Source: Takakia lepidozioides
Lineage: Eukaryota > Plantae > Bryophyta
Reading direction: 5' to 3'
NCBI GenBank assembly: GCA_030704615.1
Contig: CM060734.1
Location: 26,784,001 to 26,848,000 of the forward strand
DNA: 64,000 bases
Shown: in pieces, positions 37,030 to 50,000 of the stretch
How positions within the stretch are numbered: position 1 is the stretch's first letter
How the letters are laid out: each line of letters begins with the position of its first letter
Notes under the pieces: model-generated
What the model was told of the DNA's origin: nothing
Seen by the model: only the letters and a program-made list of their open reading frames with translations
Database searches by the model: none
Position numbers and translations under genes: made by a program

Positions 37030-37670
37030 AATGTGTTTCGTTAGCGAAATGGGAATCCAAGTGCATAAGAAGTTTAGAATTTCGGGTTCAATGAACATTC
37101 TGAAGCCAAACGAAACGTGTCAAAAAAACAAAGTTTTAAACGCAACACAAAACTCCAAAGAAACCAAAGATAAGTTTAGAAAAGTGACTTTGACGGCTAA
37201 GTTTCGCTAGCGAAACTCGAGAACATATTGTACAAACCGCATCCAAAACTCCACATAAACCACATCCAGAACCAAAATGAAACTATGTGGTCGAGAAGTC
37301 CATTGTTGGTGAAAACAAAATCACCTTGCCTTTTTGACTTCAAAGCCAAAGATTCGCCAGCGAAACTCTAGAACCTATTCTACTAACGCCACCGAAAACT
37401 AAACAGAAACCAAAACACAACCGCAAATGAAACTCTATTTTCAAGAAATCAAGTGTCGGTGAAACCACAACTCATAGTTTCGCCAGCGAAACTCTAGAAC
37501 ATATGCTCCAAACGACATCCAAAACTCAAGCATAACAGATAAAAATGAATTAAATAATGAATATCCATTTTTGAGAACTCCAGTGTTATCCATGTACAAT
37601 ATCGAATTCGAAGTATTGTTGAACGTGAAAGTCAGTTTCGCCAGCGAAATTGAAGAACACACTATACGAA
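37030..37670. repeat. Degenerate ~125-165 bp tandem repeats anchored on tttcgc(c/t)agcgaaactc
   Basis: Anchors at ~37036, 37202, 37353, 37478 and 37636. Confidence 0.65.
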
Positions 37671-38249
37671 CGAAATAGAAAAGTCACATTCAAAAAATAT
37701 ATATATATATACATACTAGGCCGCAATAGTCCAATATTCGATCTTCTCTATTTATTTTTCTCTATTGTCATTCCTCAAGCGAAATGACATTTTATATATT
37801 GTTTTGTTGTAAACCGAGAAAACTGGATGCGTGTGAGATCATCAAACGAAGGAGATCTTTTATGAAAAACCCTCATGTTGTCTTCGTCTTTTCGCTAGCT
37901 AAATGGTAATTGGTGGATGGGATTTTCGAAACATAAATATTTCAATTCACAATTAACCGCAATAGCAGTTATGTGATATTAGTAGGAAAACATTCGAGAC
38001 TCTCGATATTCCTGTGGTGCGCAAGCTAGACTCATGTTTTGTTGATCATTGATATTATTGTTTTATACAGGAACAACCCATTATGCTAAAGCTCCATTTC
38101 GTCAGCAATAATCTACCATATTTCGCCTGCTCAATGATTTTACGGTCCTCATAATTATTGCTATATTTTCCGTGGCTACAGAATTCCTCATTGAATAGCT
38201 CTCCATTTTTCATTTCCATTACTCATGATTCTATTGAGACCGCTTGAGT

Positions 38250-38560
38250 CTACTATCGAATAGGCCGCAACATGTCCATCTGGTTGGGTAAAGTGGCGTC
38301 GAACCGGATGGCGTGCTGCCACCGAAATCTGATAAAATGACATGTTGCGACCCCATCCATAACGTAAACGATTTTGTGTGCCGCCCTACTGCACGTCCTA
38401 ATCAAAGATAGTATGAATCATAATGGCACAATGAAAAAATTTGTGTGTGGAGAATTGTGCTTTTCATTCCACCTCCAAATACGTCAACTTTGGCATGAGG
38501 CATCCATTATTTCTTTTTTACCTTCCCTCGTAGAGATCATTACGTTCAGTAAGGTATTTT
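38250..38560 (-). pseudogene. Possible Ulp1/C48 protease-like remnant
   Basis: Fragments NFFIVPL, KIVYVMD and TQPDG/CCGLF in broken frames. The catalytic His context is not clear. Confidence 0.25.
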
Positions 38561-40269
38561 GAGATTACTTCATATGTTAGGAGGGAGTCCTCTAATCTCC
38601 AATGCATTGTGTCTGTCGTTTAACTCTTTGGCAAAAGCGGGCTTAACAGCATTTCCTTCACACTCGTGGGAATTGTTGGATTGTCGAACGTTTCTCATTG
38701 AATGGTTCTTGGGTTTGCGAATGCACAATGTCAGGTCTCTAGCTTTGGGGCAATTTAATGACATGTTGGAGTTTTGTCAAGAGATGACACCTTCACACTA
38801 ATGAGTAGCCGATACCTCTTACTCCATATAAGTCCGTACAATAACAGCGAGAGCTTCTATAAATGATTGTATTGCCGTTGAGAGCTCGCCTTGATCTGTG
38901 CTCACGTTTATATTTGGGCAGGAAGGAGATAGTACAGGTAGCCTGACAATTTTCGCAAACGAAACCATTTAAACAGGTAACATCAACCGGTTTCGGGACC
39001 GGTAACATCAACGGGAACCTAAACCAACCCGTGCCGAGGTGCCTCGAATAATGGAGATGAACGAAAAAGAAACGGTGTCCTGACACATTTTGCAAACAAA
39101 ACTACTTTAAAGCGTAACGGTTACAAAATACTAAAATCCTGACAACATGTTTCAAGGCCCCCTTCACAGCTGGAAAACATTTCAAAAAAGCCGCATTGTG
39201 AATTGTTCACTGTCATGGAGAAATACAGTCAAACGCGACTCCGTTTTGGAATGTTTTATAATTTCGCATGCGAAACTAGATCTTGACTATAAAACTTCAA
39301 TTAATTTCAAGGAATACACTTCATTCCATTGTCGAGGTTTTCTATAAAACCACAGTTCAATCGTTGACGGTTTGACGATTTGTTGACGATTTGACCTACA
39401 GTTTGGAGGATTTGACCTAGAATTTGGTCTGAAATAATATTTCGCATGTGAAACATTATTCAAAAAATGAAAATAGAATAAAGAAATTAATTAATTTTAA
39501 GCTTATTATCTATTTTTCCACGTTTTAGATAGGGGTGGTTGATATCTCCCTAAGTGGTAACACCGGTTCGGTAAAAAATAGTCGTGAAGGATCAATTTTG
39601 AATGTTAAATCCCCTTCTTAAATAAGTCGAAAATCAAACAGAATATACTTTTCGTAAGCGAAACTTGAATCCTCCTCTGCGTTTCTCTTTATGGAAATGC
39701 GTTGTCTGCGGTATAGTGTTTGAGTATTCCGAAACGAGAATAATATCGAACAATATCTTCGATTCCGTAGGCTACACAAATTGCTTTGTGAAATAAATGT
39801 GTTAAAAGTGAACATTGACACATTAATAGTTTTAATTAGTGTATAATGGCCGCAATCATATGTCTCCAAGCTGGGCACGGCCAATGAGGCTTAGTGCCTC
39901 TTCCTGAATTCATCGAGTACCGAAATACCCAAGACATTACAATTTAAGTCAATTAAAGACGACAACAAGAGAACGGAAAACATGAATTCATATAAAGTAT
40001 ATTAACGGATCAATCTGAATTTCGTGAGCGAAACAAAATGAACAACTCAATCAAGCTAAGAAAAAAAATGCAGATCTCAAATTTACAATACGACATCGTC
40101 AATAGAAAAACAAATTATTATTATAACTTCAATCGTGGATTCAATAGCGAGACATAAGAAAGACCATAAAATTCAAGCCGACCCAGCAGAAATATCCGAC
40201 ACCTAGCTGAGGACGCAAACAAATTCAAAACATATATACATATATACATATAAATGTAGTACCTTATGT

Positions 40270-43200
40270 AACTGTTGTTTCTGTTTTCTTTTGAATTTTC
40301 TGATTTGTAGTAGGTGTTAGAGGATGGATGGGTTAGACGAATATGGTGCCACTCTAGCAACGGAAAATATGGTAAACTTGTGATTCAGAAAAGTAGAAAA
40401 AATGGTTAATAATATTATTCGAGTAATCATAATAATAACTTTATTATATTACTTAATACTTTACGTATTAGTACTAATATGTTTAATATTATTATCATAA
40501 TATACCATATTATGATAACTTAGCAACTTTATTACTCATACTTTGAAATAAAATAATATAGTTAATTATATACATCTTTTTTAGTTTTGTAAGTCATTTT
40601 GTTTTGCATATGTTTTCAATCGGTTGCATCTGCAACTGTTACAAAAAAATTTACAGAAGGTTTTATATTTATATATATATATGGAATACCATATGTATCT
40701 ATTTGTTTTGTTTTTTCTTCTGAATTTTTTTATTTGTAGTAGGTGTTACCGATGGATGGGTATAAGAATCTTTTGTTATGATGAATTCGATATACATGAA
40801 TAATAGTATGATGAGCAATCTGAACTTGATATACATTGATAAGATTATTAATGTATCTTTTATAGCTAAGTTAAAAGTCCTTTGAAAATAATATAAATCT
40901 CGTTGAATGATACATAGATCATAAAAATATTACTTGTATGTAACATACTAATCTATATCAAGTCCATACTACCCGTACTTGCCTATGCTATTCGTCAGGA
41001 CCCTGCCAGAGTAATTAATTTTTCTTAAACAAGGGGTCCGGCAGGCTTTTTCTGAATTTCTGCAATTCCGGCACTTTTCATGATAAGTAATAAAAAAGCA
41101 GCTTTGTTACATGTGTGTGTGGCTAGTGCAATGGTATTGCAAGTAAAACTGGTAGGGATGGTCATGGGGTCTAATTACTTTGGAATTCGTTCCTAACAGA
41201 GTTTCATTTTAAATTTTTCCAGCAGCTTGTTTTTGCATTTAATTTTCATCGGACAGCGTAGGCAGGTACGGTAAATAAAAATTATATTAGTGTCATAATA
41301 TTTACTCCAATATATCAAGTTCTCTAACTTACCAAATGTATTAATCAGACTTTCAAATATAATCGATTATGTCCCTCTTCTTAAATTTTGTATGTCATTT
41401 TCATTGTATTTTCAATCGTTTGTATTCTCATCTCCCCATTGTTACATATTCTTGTACAGACCTGAGAAGTTACACTATCTATCAATATATATATATATAT
41501 ATCTTATGTAACTGGATTATTATTATTTATTATTTATTTTATTTTCTGATTTGTAGTAGTTGTTAAAAGATGGATGGGTTCAAGAATATGGTGTGACCAT
41601 AGCGTTTGAAACTTTGGTGAAGAATGACAAGAATAATATAAATGGTTGACGGACTCCAGTACAATGACGCATAAAATATTAATAGTAAACGGATTGCACT
41701 ACCATGATCCATTAGCAGCAATCATTTATATCTTTTGTTATGATGACCTCGATATATTTCAATAATAGTATGATGAATAATGAACTCGATATACATTGAA
41801 TGATACATGAATACATAATTGAATGATACATAAATAAGATATAAACAAAATTATGTGTATGTAATGTACTAATGTATATCAAGTTCATACTAAATAAGAA
41901 TCATATTACCACCGAATTGTATCTTAATAAAAATTGGTACGGCCGTCAAAGTTCGTCATCGCAGCTAATTTAGAATATAAAAAACAGACAAGACTGCTGA
42001 GATTCCTGCTAAATTTGCTAAAAATCAGCGGCTGCCGCTAATTCAAAACTCATAAATAATGTCCTGGTTGCACCATTATTAATTTTGAAAAAATATTTTA
42101 AAAAAAACAAAGAATGCAACTGCCTCAATGTCGCGGGCCTCCTATTATATCTTAACCCTTGACTTCCTACGCGACCTGAATCGGGTCTTGACCTGTAAGA
42201 AAAATGCCCATATCTTGCAAAAACGTTGGGGTTAGGTAAGGAGAGGGGCTAGGCAGGGTTGACTACCTACGTGGCAACTTTCTATTGGTGCATGCAACAG
42301 CCAGCTCCAAAACACTTGGCCCCACTTAGGCCTCAACACTTGAAAAATTCACCATTGGATTCCCAAAAAAATTTAACATTATGATGAGGATCATAGGAAC
42401 TCATTCTCTCACCACTCGGATAGAAAAAAGTCTTGGATTTCAGCACACATTTTGACAATGTTAGAAATTCCATGTTCTGGAACATATCTGAATCCCCCAA
42501 AGAATACATACCAATTAGCATGTAGCATCCTTTGGCATTTTAGCATGAAATTTTGTGCATACTTGGATATCTTGGAATAGGATATAGCTGTGGGTGCGGT
42601 GGGCCCAGCAAAAATCAATCCGATACTGCAATTGCTTGGTCAAACCTGACATTGCAAGTTTCACAAATTCCCAAAAAGAAAACAACCCCCACCAAAATAC
42701 TATAATCTTGAAATTTTTGTGGTGAATGTTTTTGCAGAAATGTAGAGGTATTTAAACTCCTCTTCGAATCCAAAATGAAATGTGCTTGGGAAAAACGCCA
42801 TACAGTTCTGGAATGTATGGAAACTACGCAAGCGAAACTAAATTGTTAAGGGGATAGACTTTAAATAGCTTAGAGATAACTACTTCAATGTTATGTAATT
42901 CTCGTTATTAAAACTCGGGGATGTCGATATCGGAACATTGGTTTTAAACTATTATATGTTAATGGTATCTGGGAGTTAAAATCAAAACAGATAATGACAT
43001 ACAATTTGGAAGGTGGTATTGTTTCGCATACAAAACTTTTATCGATAAAAAGGTAAATTCTCAATAAGTGTATTTTATGCAACACTTATGTCGCTTTACG
43101 TTTAAATCTGGTTTTTGAAGTCGTGCTGACGTGAGCATGCTTGGAGAATATACCTTTCATCCCCAAAATGGATTGTGTCGTAATAGGTTAGTCCTAATAA

Positions 43201-44400
43201 ACTTTTGTCAAGCTAGAAAAGAATCTGATGGTTATGCCTACCATTGGAGAGTAATATAATTAATGAGTGGTAATGGAATCAGCATAATATTCTTGAAAAT
43301 CATTGCCCACTCATAGATGAAGAGACTTTATAATCGAGTCATCTCCAATGCCTGAGCGCCTCCACATGACTCGCTTTGCGGCCATCAAGGTGGAGAGATG
43401 GCAGATCTGTGATCACGGACACTTTACAAATATATGTGTTTCGCTTGCCAATCCTTGGAGAACGATGATGGACAATTATTGTTGTGTTGATGGAAACCAA
43501 CACTTGCGGTGATGGAACTTATTGGTGCGAGGATTTGAACTTAGTACAGAAATGGTATATTATATGTATGTTTATTTAATATCTTTAATATACTAAATGT
43601 TTTTACAAATTCTATTTCATTATATTACGTTATTGGTTTATGTATTTAGTTCTATGATTAACAATGGAGGATTCCCAGGATTGAAATAGAATAGGAGTTT
43701 TAGTAGACGGAATATACCGGAAATATTTTGTGGTTTATGGCTCATAGACCGCAATATAGGTCTCTTGCTTTATTTGTTTTTAATTTGGCGGGAAAAGGGA
43801 AGGAAGCGGTTAAGAGCCCTTCTGGATCATATATTATCAGAACATATCTCCATTCTAATACCTTATATCTTTTGATATTAGAATATCATTATATCGTATG
43901 ATCTAGTTATTTTTTACCATTATCTTTTAATGTATTTTTGGGCCTTTTTCCTTTTTATAAATAAAAGAATTATGTAATCTTATTCATAAGTGATATTAAT
44001 ATCGGTAGAATACAGACATAAATGGTATCAAACTTGATATATCTATGAGGATGTGATTGGAAGCAAGATTATTTTATTTTTATTTCATATTTATTGTATC
44101 CAAATAAATCTGAATCTTGATACGTACTATGAGAAATGTTTTATAGGATATCGAGAAATATTACGTAATTAATATTAATATGAGTTTATGTGTTTTTAAT
44201 ACTTTTCCAGAAAAAGGGAAAGAAGCGTTGAAGAGCCCTTTGCCAAACGTATTTTTATCATAACACAGAACGATACTAATTCTTCATTATATCTTGTAAA
44301 TATGATCTAGTTAATTGTTTCGTGGTATTTAATGTCTTTTCGGGGCCTTTTATTTTTTAGTAAGTTTAATATTTACTTAATCTTAATCATAAGTGATATA
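40270..44400. repeat. AT-rich local direct duplications
   Basis: atttgtagtag(g/t)tgtta..gatggatggg at ~40300, ~40730 and ~41550; 40770-40970 similar to 41730-41890; aaaagggaa(g/a)gaagcg..aagagccctt at ~43790 and ~44210. Confidence 0.6.
40972..41271. mobile_element. ~300-bp MITE with TA target duplication (Tc1/mariner-type)
   Basis: Imperfect 22-bp TIRs ccgtacttgcctatgctattcg / cggacagcgtaggcaggtacgg, flanked by TA on both sides. The paralogous empty site aagttcatac-ta-aataag lies at ~41881-41898. Confidence 0.75.
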
Positions 44401-44431
44401 AACATCAATATTATACAGTTACAAATAGGGA

Positions 44432-44775
44432 AACAAAAATCATTTGGATGGGCAACCATCCGTAGGCCCATTGATTGAATTTTGATTGATCCCATATTAG
44501 GATAAGACCTGTGTAACGGTATATTGAACATACTGCCAATGTTTCAAAACAAACAAAAAATCATTTGGATGGGCATCCGTTGGCCCATTGAATGAATGTC
44601 GTTTGATCTCATATTTGTCTAGGACCTGTTAGATGGTATACCGAACATACTGCCTGTGAAAGCAAACAAAAATCATTTGGATGGTCAACTATTCGTTTGC
44701 CCATTGAATAAATTTTGTTTAATCTCACATAATTTGGATGGGACCTGTAAGTTGATATGGATAGGATACTGACAA
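44432..44775 (-). repeat. Diverged ~120-bp satellite subfamily, ~3 monomers
   Basis: aaacaaaaatcatttggatgggcaaccatccg..cccattga repeats, colinear with the reverse complement of the main satellite. Confidence 0.75.
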
Positions 44776-45132
44776 TTCAAAGGACTAGTAGGGTTAGCAC
44801 CGGGCTATTTGCATAGTACGAGTTCTTGCGAGATGCTTGGACTTCCGGATACAGCATGAATGGGATGTCTATGACAGAACTAGGGTTTCTTTGAGACCGG
44901 GATATGTAGAGGGGCATTGTAGATATACTCACGATGTACTTTGTATACATTAATTGATGAACAGATTATCAGGGCATAGTTCTTCTTGTTGTTCGCGACA
45001 TTGAGGCAAGGACGAGGAAGAGATTCCAGGGATACCCGAGGTGTTTTGGGTGTTGCCCCCGCTGATCGAGCCGGCCCCTCGCAGCACTTTTGGCCCCACT
45101 GATAGCGCTTACTCGCCGGGAAGGCGTCCCAG

Positions 45133-47083
45133 GTGTGGAGCGAGGCGGCAGGTGTGCTAGATGATAGCCAGCCTATCCTTGCCTTGGACATGGCTCTTGT
45201 GAAAGAGCACTCACGCGCTCTCAAAGAACAGGGCATACTTGTGCATTTTCCGGGTCGTGCCAGAGACAGGTATTGGGCAAGGCGGTGGGTGTTGGAGCAC
45301 CTGGGGGCGGAAGGTGGTCTTACTCAACACTTTTGCATTCCTCTTGGCAGGGGCTTTTATTCGATCATGTTCTCTTCCGCAGACCATGCCAACAAAGCCT
45401 TGAGTTTCAACACTTCTCGATCTAGAGTTAGAGTGAATCTCTTTCCATGGTCGTCTGAATGGGGCCACAAAGGCGGAGTTTATACATGTAAGCCCCGAGT
45501 TATTGCACTTCCGTTTTTGCCTGGAAATTATCTCAGGTCACTCCCGGAGATAGAAGCACACTTTGGCGCGTTCGTGGGTTCTATTACGATCAATGACCAC
45601 GAAATCTTGGACCCAAGAAGTATGGATACAGACAACGGTGCATTTGACATCCACAGGGACAGTGGAGTTCCAAGAATCGTTGTTCTAATGCCTGAGTCGG
45701 ACAAGCTTCCGGCAGCCATCAAGTTGCCAACGCTAGATGGTTCCTTTGTCTCGGTGGTTATTCAAGAAGAGCTCTTGTCGGTGATTTGTCACTTCTGCCA
45801 TAGAGATGGGCACGTCAAGGCGGATTGTCCGGAGCTCAGGGCAAGGGATCTCAATTCCGCTCCCGCCCGCAGACCTGCTAATGCGGATCTGGCTTCCAGG
45901 GTTTTGCAAGACTTCTCTACTCCCCGAGTCAGGAAGCGTGCTGATTCCACTCACTCAGAACAGCCCCCTACCAAGAGGGCTCGAGAATCTCCGGCGGCTA
46001 TCAGCCCGAGGGTCTTCCTGCTTCCTTCCAAATCGCCTCTATCCCTGAAGCACAAGGAGACGAAGCCTGCGTCATTCATTCTTGGAGAAGGGGCCCCTCC
46101 CGAACTTTGCTACCTTCTGTTTGAATCGTTTGAAGTCTTTCTCAGATGTTTATCTCTCAGAGACTGCACTTCCTAATGACAGCGGAAACCTAGTGGGTTC
46201 CTACGCAGTGCAGATCCAGGTGACACCGATTATGTTTGGTTTCCCAGATGGGAAGCCCTCCATCCTGTTGTCTGGAGAGAATGACTTTCTCAGCTCCTGG
46301 ATTTCGGAAGAGGATATCAGCAACCTCGCTCTCACTCAAGAGGTAGACATTATGGTCAATAAGGTGAAAGAGATCTTCTCGTCGCAACTCCCCCTAGTTT
46401 CTTTATCGGCAGAAACGGCTTTATACTTCGGTGCTTTCCTCTTCCGAGATAACGTTGCTCCTTATGATTTCTCGGTGCAAGTTCTCCCTGTCATGAGACT
46501 CTCGGAGGTTAGGCTTCTGGATGCAGGTTTTGCTAACATGAAGTGGATTTCAGAGGACGATCTTCCGGATAATCTGGGTCTGGATAGGAAAAAGCAATGG
46601 ATGTCTGAAGTATACCAAGCAGGGAGACAGCTGCTGTTCGCTGCAGAGAAAGCCAAGGCGTACACTGCTTCTCTTGTGCGTCCCCATGCAAGCGAAGGCT
46701 TAATGGTGGTCAACGTTCATGAAGTGGAAGCTTCGGCTGTGAACCTAGCGCCAGTGGATTTGGAGCTCCAGACTCCTCCCCCAGTGAGCAATCCGACATT
46801 CCACTCTTACCAACTCCTTTGCCTTGCCCTTTGCAAGATGTACACAGATTCTCATTTGTACTTGTTTCCTTGGGAAGACTCCCTCTGTCATGCTCTCTGC
46901 AAAAACCCTCTCTTCAGATTGTTAATCCTAGCTGCTGCTGCTACGTTTTGCCTGTTCTGCCGGTGGATGCTGGGGTCTGGCGAGACAGATCTGTGGAAGC
47001 CTATCAGATCCCATTTGTTCACATTGAACTTCAAGCCATCAAATCATGGTGCATCCATGGGCTTTCCAGTCAAACCCCCATGA
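45133..47083 (+). pseudogene. LINE ORF1 (DUF4283/RRM-like region plus CCHC zinc knuckle), frameshifted
   Basis: PLGRGFYSIMFSS..PW; CHFCHRDGHVKADC; frameshift near 46100. Confidence 0.75.
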
Positions 47084-50000
47084 ATTGTACACTGAGGTCT
47101 TGGAATATTCGGGGAATTGGCTTTAAAGCCACGGTGCCCAAGCGCAGACGCCCCCAACGCAGGGCCTTATCTCTTCTCAGCTCCAATGCTATAATTTTTC
47201 TGCAGGAACACAAACTAGATCAGGTTAAAATCGACGCTTTAGGAACCTCCTTTTGGCCTCCTCAAGCAAGCTGGTGGAACCCAACTATCATGGATACCCG
47301 TGGAGGGACTGCCATCCTCATTTCGCCATCGCTGCTGCCCTCTATCTCCAATGTGGAAACCTGGTTACAGGGCCGGGTTCAATGTGCCTTTACGCTACCT
47401 CAATCGGCCTTTCAAGACTGTGCTTTTGTAAATATTTATGCCCCGAATGATGTAATTGACAGGGTAGCCTTCTGGTCTTTTCTAAGACAGAAATTTTTGA
47501 GCTACCCTCTCATCTCTCACTAGATTCTCGGAGGAGATTTTAATATGGTTGAGAGATCCAGAGATAGGCTCACCAGCTCCTCTCAATGCTTATCTTTGGA
47601 AGAATCAGATGCTTGGGAATCTTTTTGCTTTGCAGTTGGCCTCATTGACTCCTTAGGAGAAAATCCCCGTGGGCCCTGCTTTACTTGGTCTAACAATCGC
47701 CAGCCTCCTCATCTACGAATGGCCCGGTTAGATAGAGTTTATTGCTCCCCAACTCCCCTGGTGTGGGCGAAGCCTCAGGAACAGGGTCCGATTCTCCCAA
47801 ATTTCGATCACGCCTGTGTCTCTGTCTCCTTTTGCTTGCCTGGTGCTAAAGCCAAGCGAAGTGGATTCTTCAGGCTTAATCCTGCCTTCTTAGCCATTCC
47901 CTCTTTCCTACAGCAGATCGGGGATACCTGGAAGTCTTCTGGTAATGACTTTGCTTCCCCTACCCTCAGATTCAGACGCAAACTAGAAGAGGTCAGAAAA
48001 GTGGCTAGTGCTTTGGCCTTGTCCTATGCGAAGCAGAGAAACAATAGAGAGCGAGCGCTCCTCAAGTGCCTGGCCCAATGCCAGAAGGTCATTGAATCAA
48101 ACTGGATTGGCCCGCAAACGATGTCATCTTTCAACCTTGCCAAACGCAATCTGGCAGAGCTACTTCAGTCCAAGGAGGATGCCCTCCGTAGAAAGGCTGG
48201 TATCAACTGTCGCGGTACTTCTTCCAAAAGGCTAAACAATGCAGAGATGCAACGACAATCAGCTCCTTCGCGGATCACCAGGGTATGCCTCTCTCTGACC
48301 CAAAAGCTATGACATCCTATGCGGCCTCTTACTTCGCTAACCTATTCAGCAGATCCGAAGTCAGCCAGCAACATACGGCCTCTAAGAAGGCGGTCTTGGA
48401 CACTATTCCTTCCATCATCTCGACTGAGGAGCTGCAATCTCTTTCGGCCCCCTTCTCTGAGATAGAGCTGGGGGATGCCCTAGACATGCTTTCTTCTTTC
48501 AAGTCTCCAGGTTTAGATGGCCTGCCGGTGGAACTTTTCAAGGCCCTTTGGGCTGAAATGAGTGGGGATTTCCTAGCCATGACGCACGATATTTTGGCAA
48601 AGGGCATTATGCCTTCCCAACTATCTCAAAGGGGTCATAACCCTGATCTTTAAAGAAGGCAATAGAGATGACATCCGGAACTATAGGCCTATTACTCTCT
48701 TGAACTCGGTGTACAAGATTATTGCCAAAGCGTTGTCCATTCGCCTCCAGCCTTTTCTGAACAAGCTCATTCGCCCCGAGTAATCTGGCTTTATTAAGAA
48801 GAGAATGATACTTGACAACATTCTCCTAGTGAATGAAGCCTTGCACCATGCGAAAGTAGCTAGTCAACCTCTGGCTCTCCTTATGCTCGATTTCGAAAAA
48901 GCTTTTGACAACATTGGCTGGGACTATCTGTTCGCTGCAATTGAGAAGTGTGGCATTTCTGGAGGGTTTTTAGATTGGGTCAAAATCCTCCTCACTTCCG
49001 CTAGTAGTAAGATTATGATTAATGGAGCCTTATCTAAACCTTTTCGCCTCTTTCGTTCTGTTAGGCAAGGCTGTCCCCTCTCCCCTTTTCTCTTCCTTAT
49101 TGCTGCGGACGGATTGGGTCATCTCCTACAGGACCGTGATGATATGGTGGGCCTCAGGGTACCTTACCCCCCCTCTCCGAATTACAGTGTAAAATCCTCC
49201 ATGTATGCAGACGACACTGTGCTGCTTATGGACAACAACTCTTCTGAAAATATGGCCTGTATTCTTAGATCGTTATCAACCTTTTGCGAGGTCTCTGGTC
49301 TCAGGGTGAACTGGGGTAAATCTGTGGGGTTGCTATCTGAGCTTTCGGCTGAAGCTGCTGATTCTCATTGTCAGCCTTGGGGAGAGGAAGACAATCTTCG
49401 ATGGATGCAGTAGGGGGAATCGCATGTGCTTTTAGGTTCCCAAATCGGGCACGGTTTAAGTGATCTCCAAAGATGGGAGCCTACCCTTGCTATGCTAAAG
49501 AGAAAGTTTGCTTATTGGAGCTCTTTACACCTATCTATTGTGGGTAGAGCTCTGGTAGCAAACCAGATCCTCTCCAATTCTTGCTGGTTCAGTTCAGCAG
49601 TCTGGTCACCTGGATCAATCATGATTAAGAAAGCGAAGTCTCTCATTCGTAACTTCATCTGGGGGGGATCCCAAACCAGACCAAATAGAAGAGCTTTGGT
49701 GAGTTGGGATCAGATCACGCAAAAGAAAAAGCTAGGGGGACTGGGCATCCTTGATCCGGATACACAAATCTGTGCACTGTTGGCAAAATGGGTGCCTCGG
49801 TTGTTCTCCAACCTCAATGCTCCTTGGAGTATCTTGGTTAGGCACCATATCTTGAACGTCAGGCCTTCTTCTTCACCTCTGTGGCCTCCCTCGCTGAAAT
49901 GGATAGTACAAGGTGGCTCTTCCAATGTTGGCTCTGAGGCCTGGAAAACAATCTGGGCTGCATGGGTTAGAATGCGTCCTCATCTTTTACAGCTCAAGCC

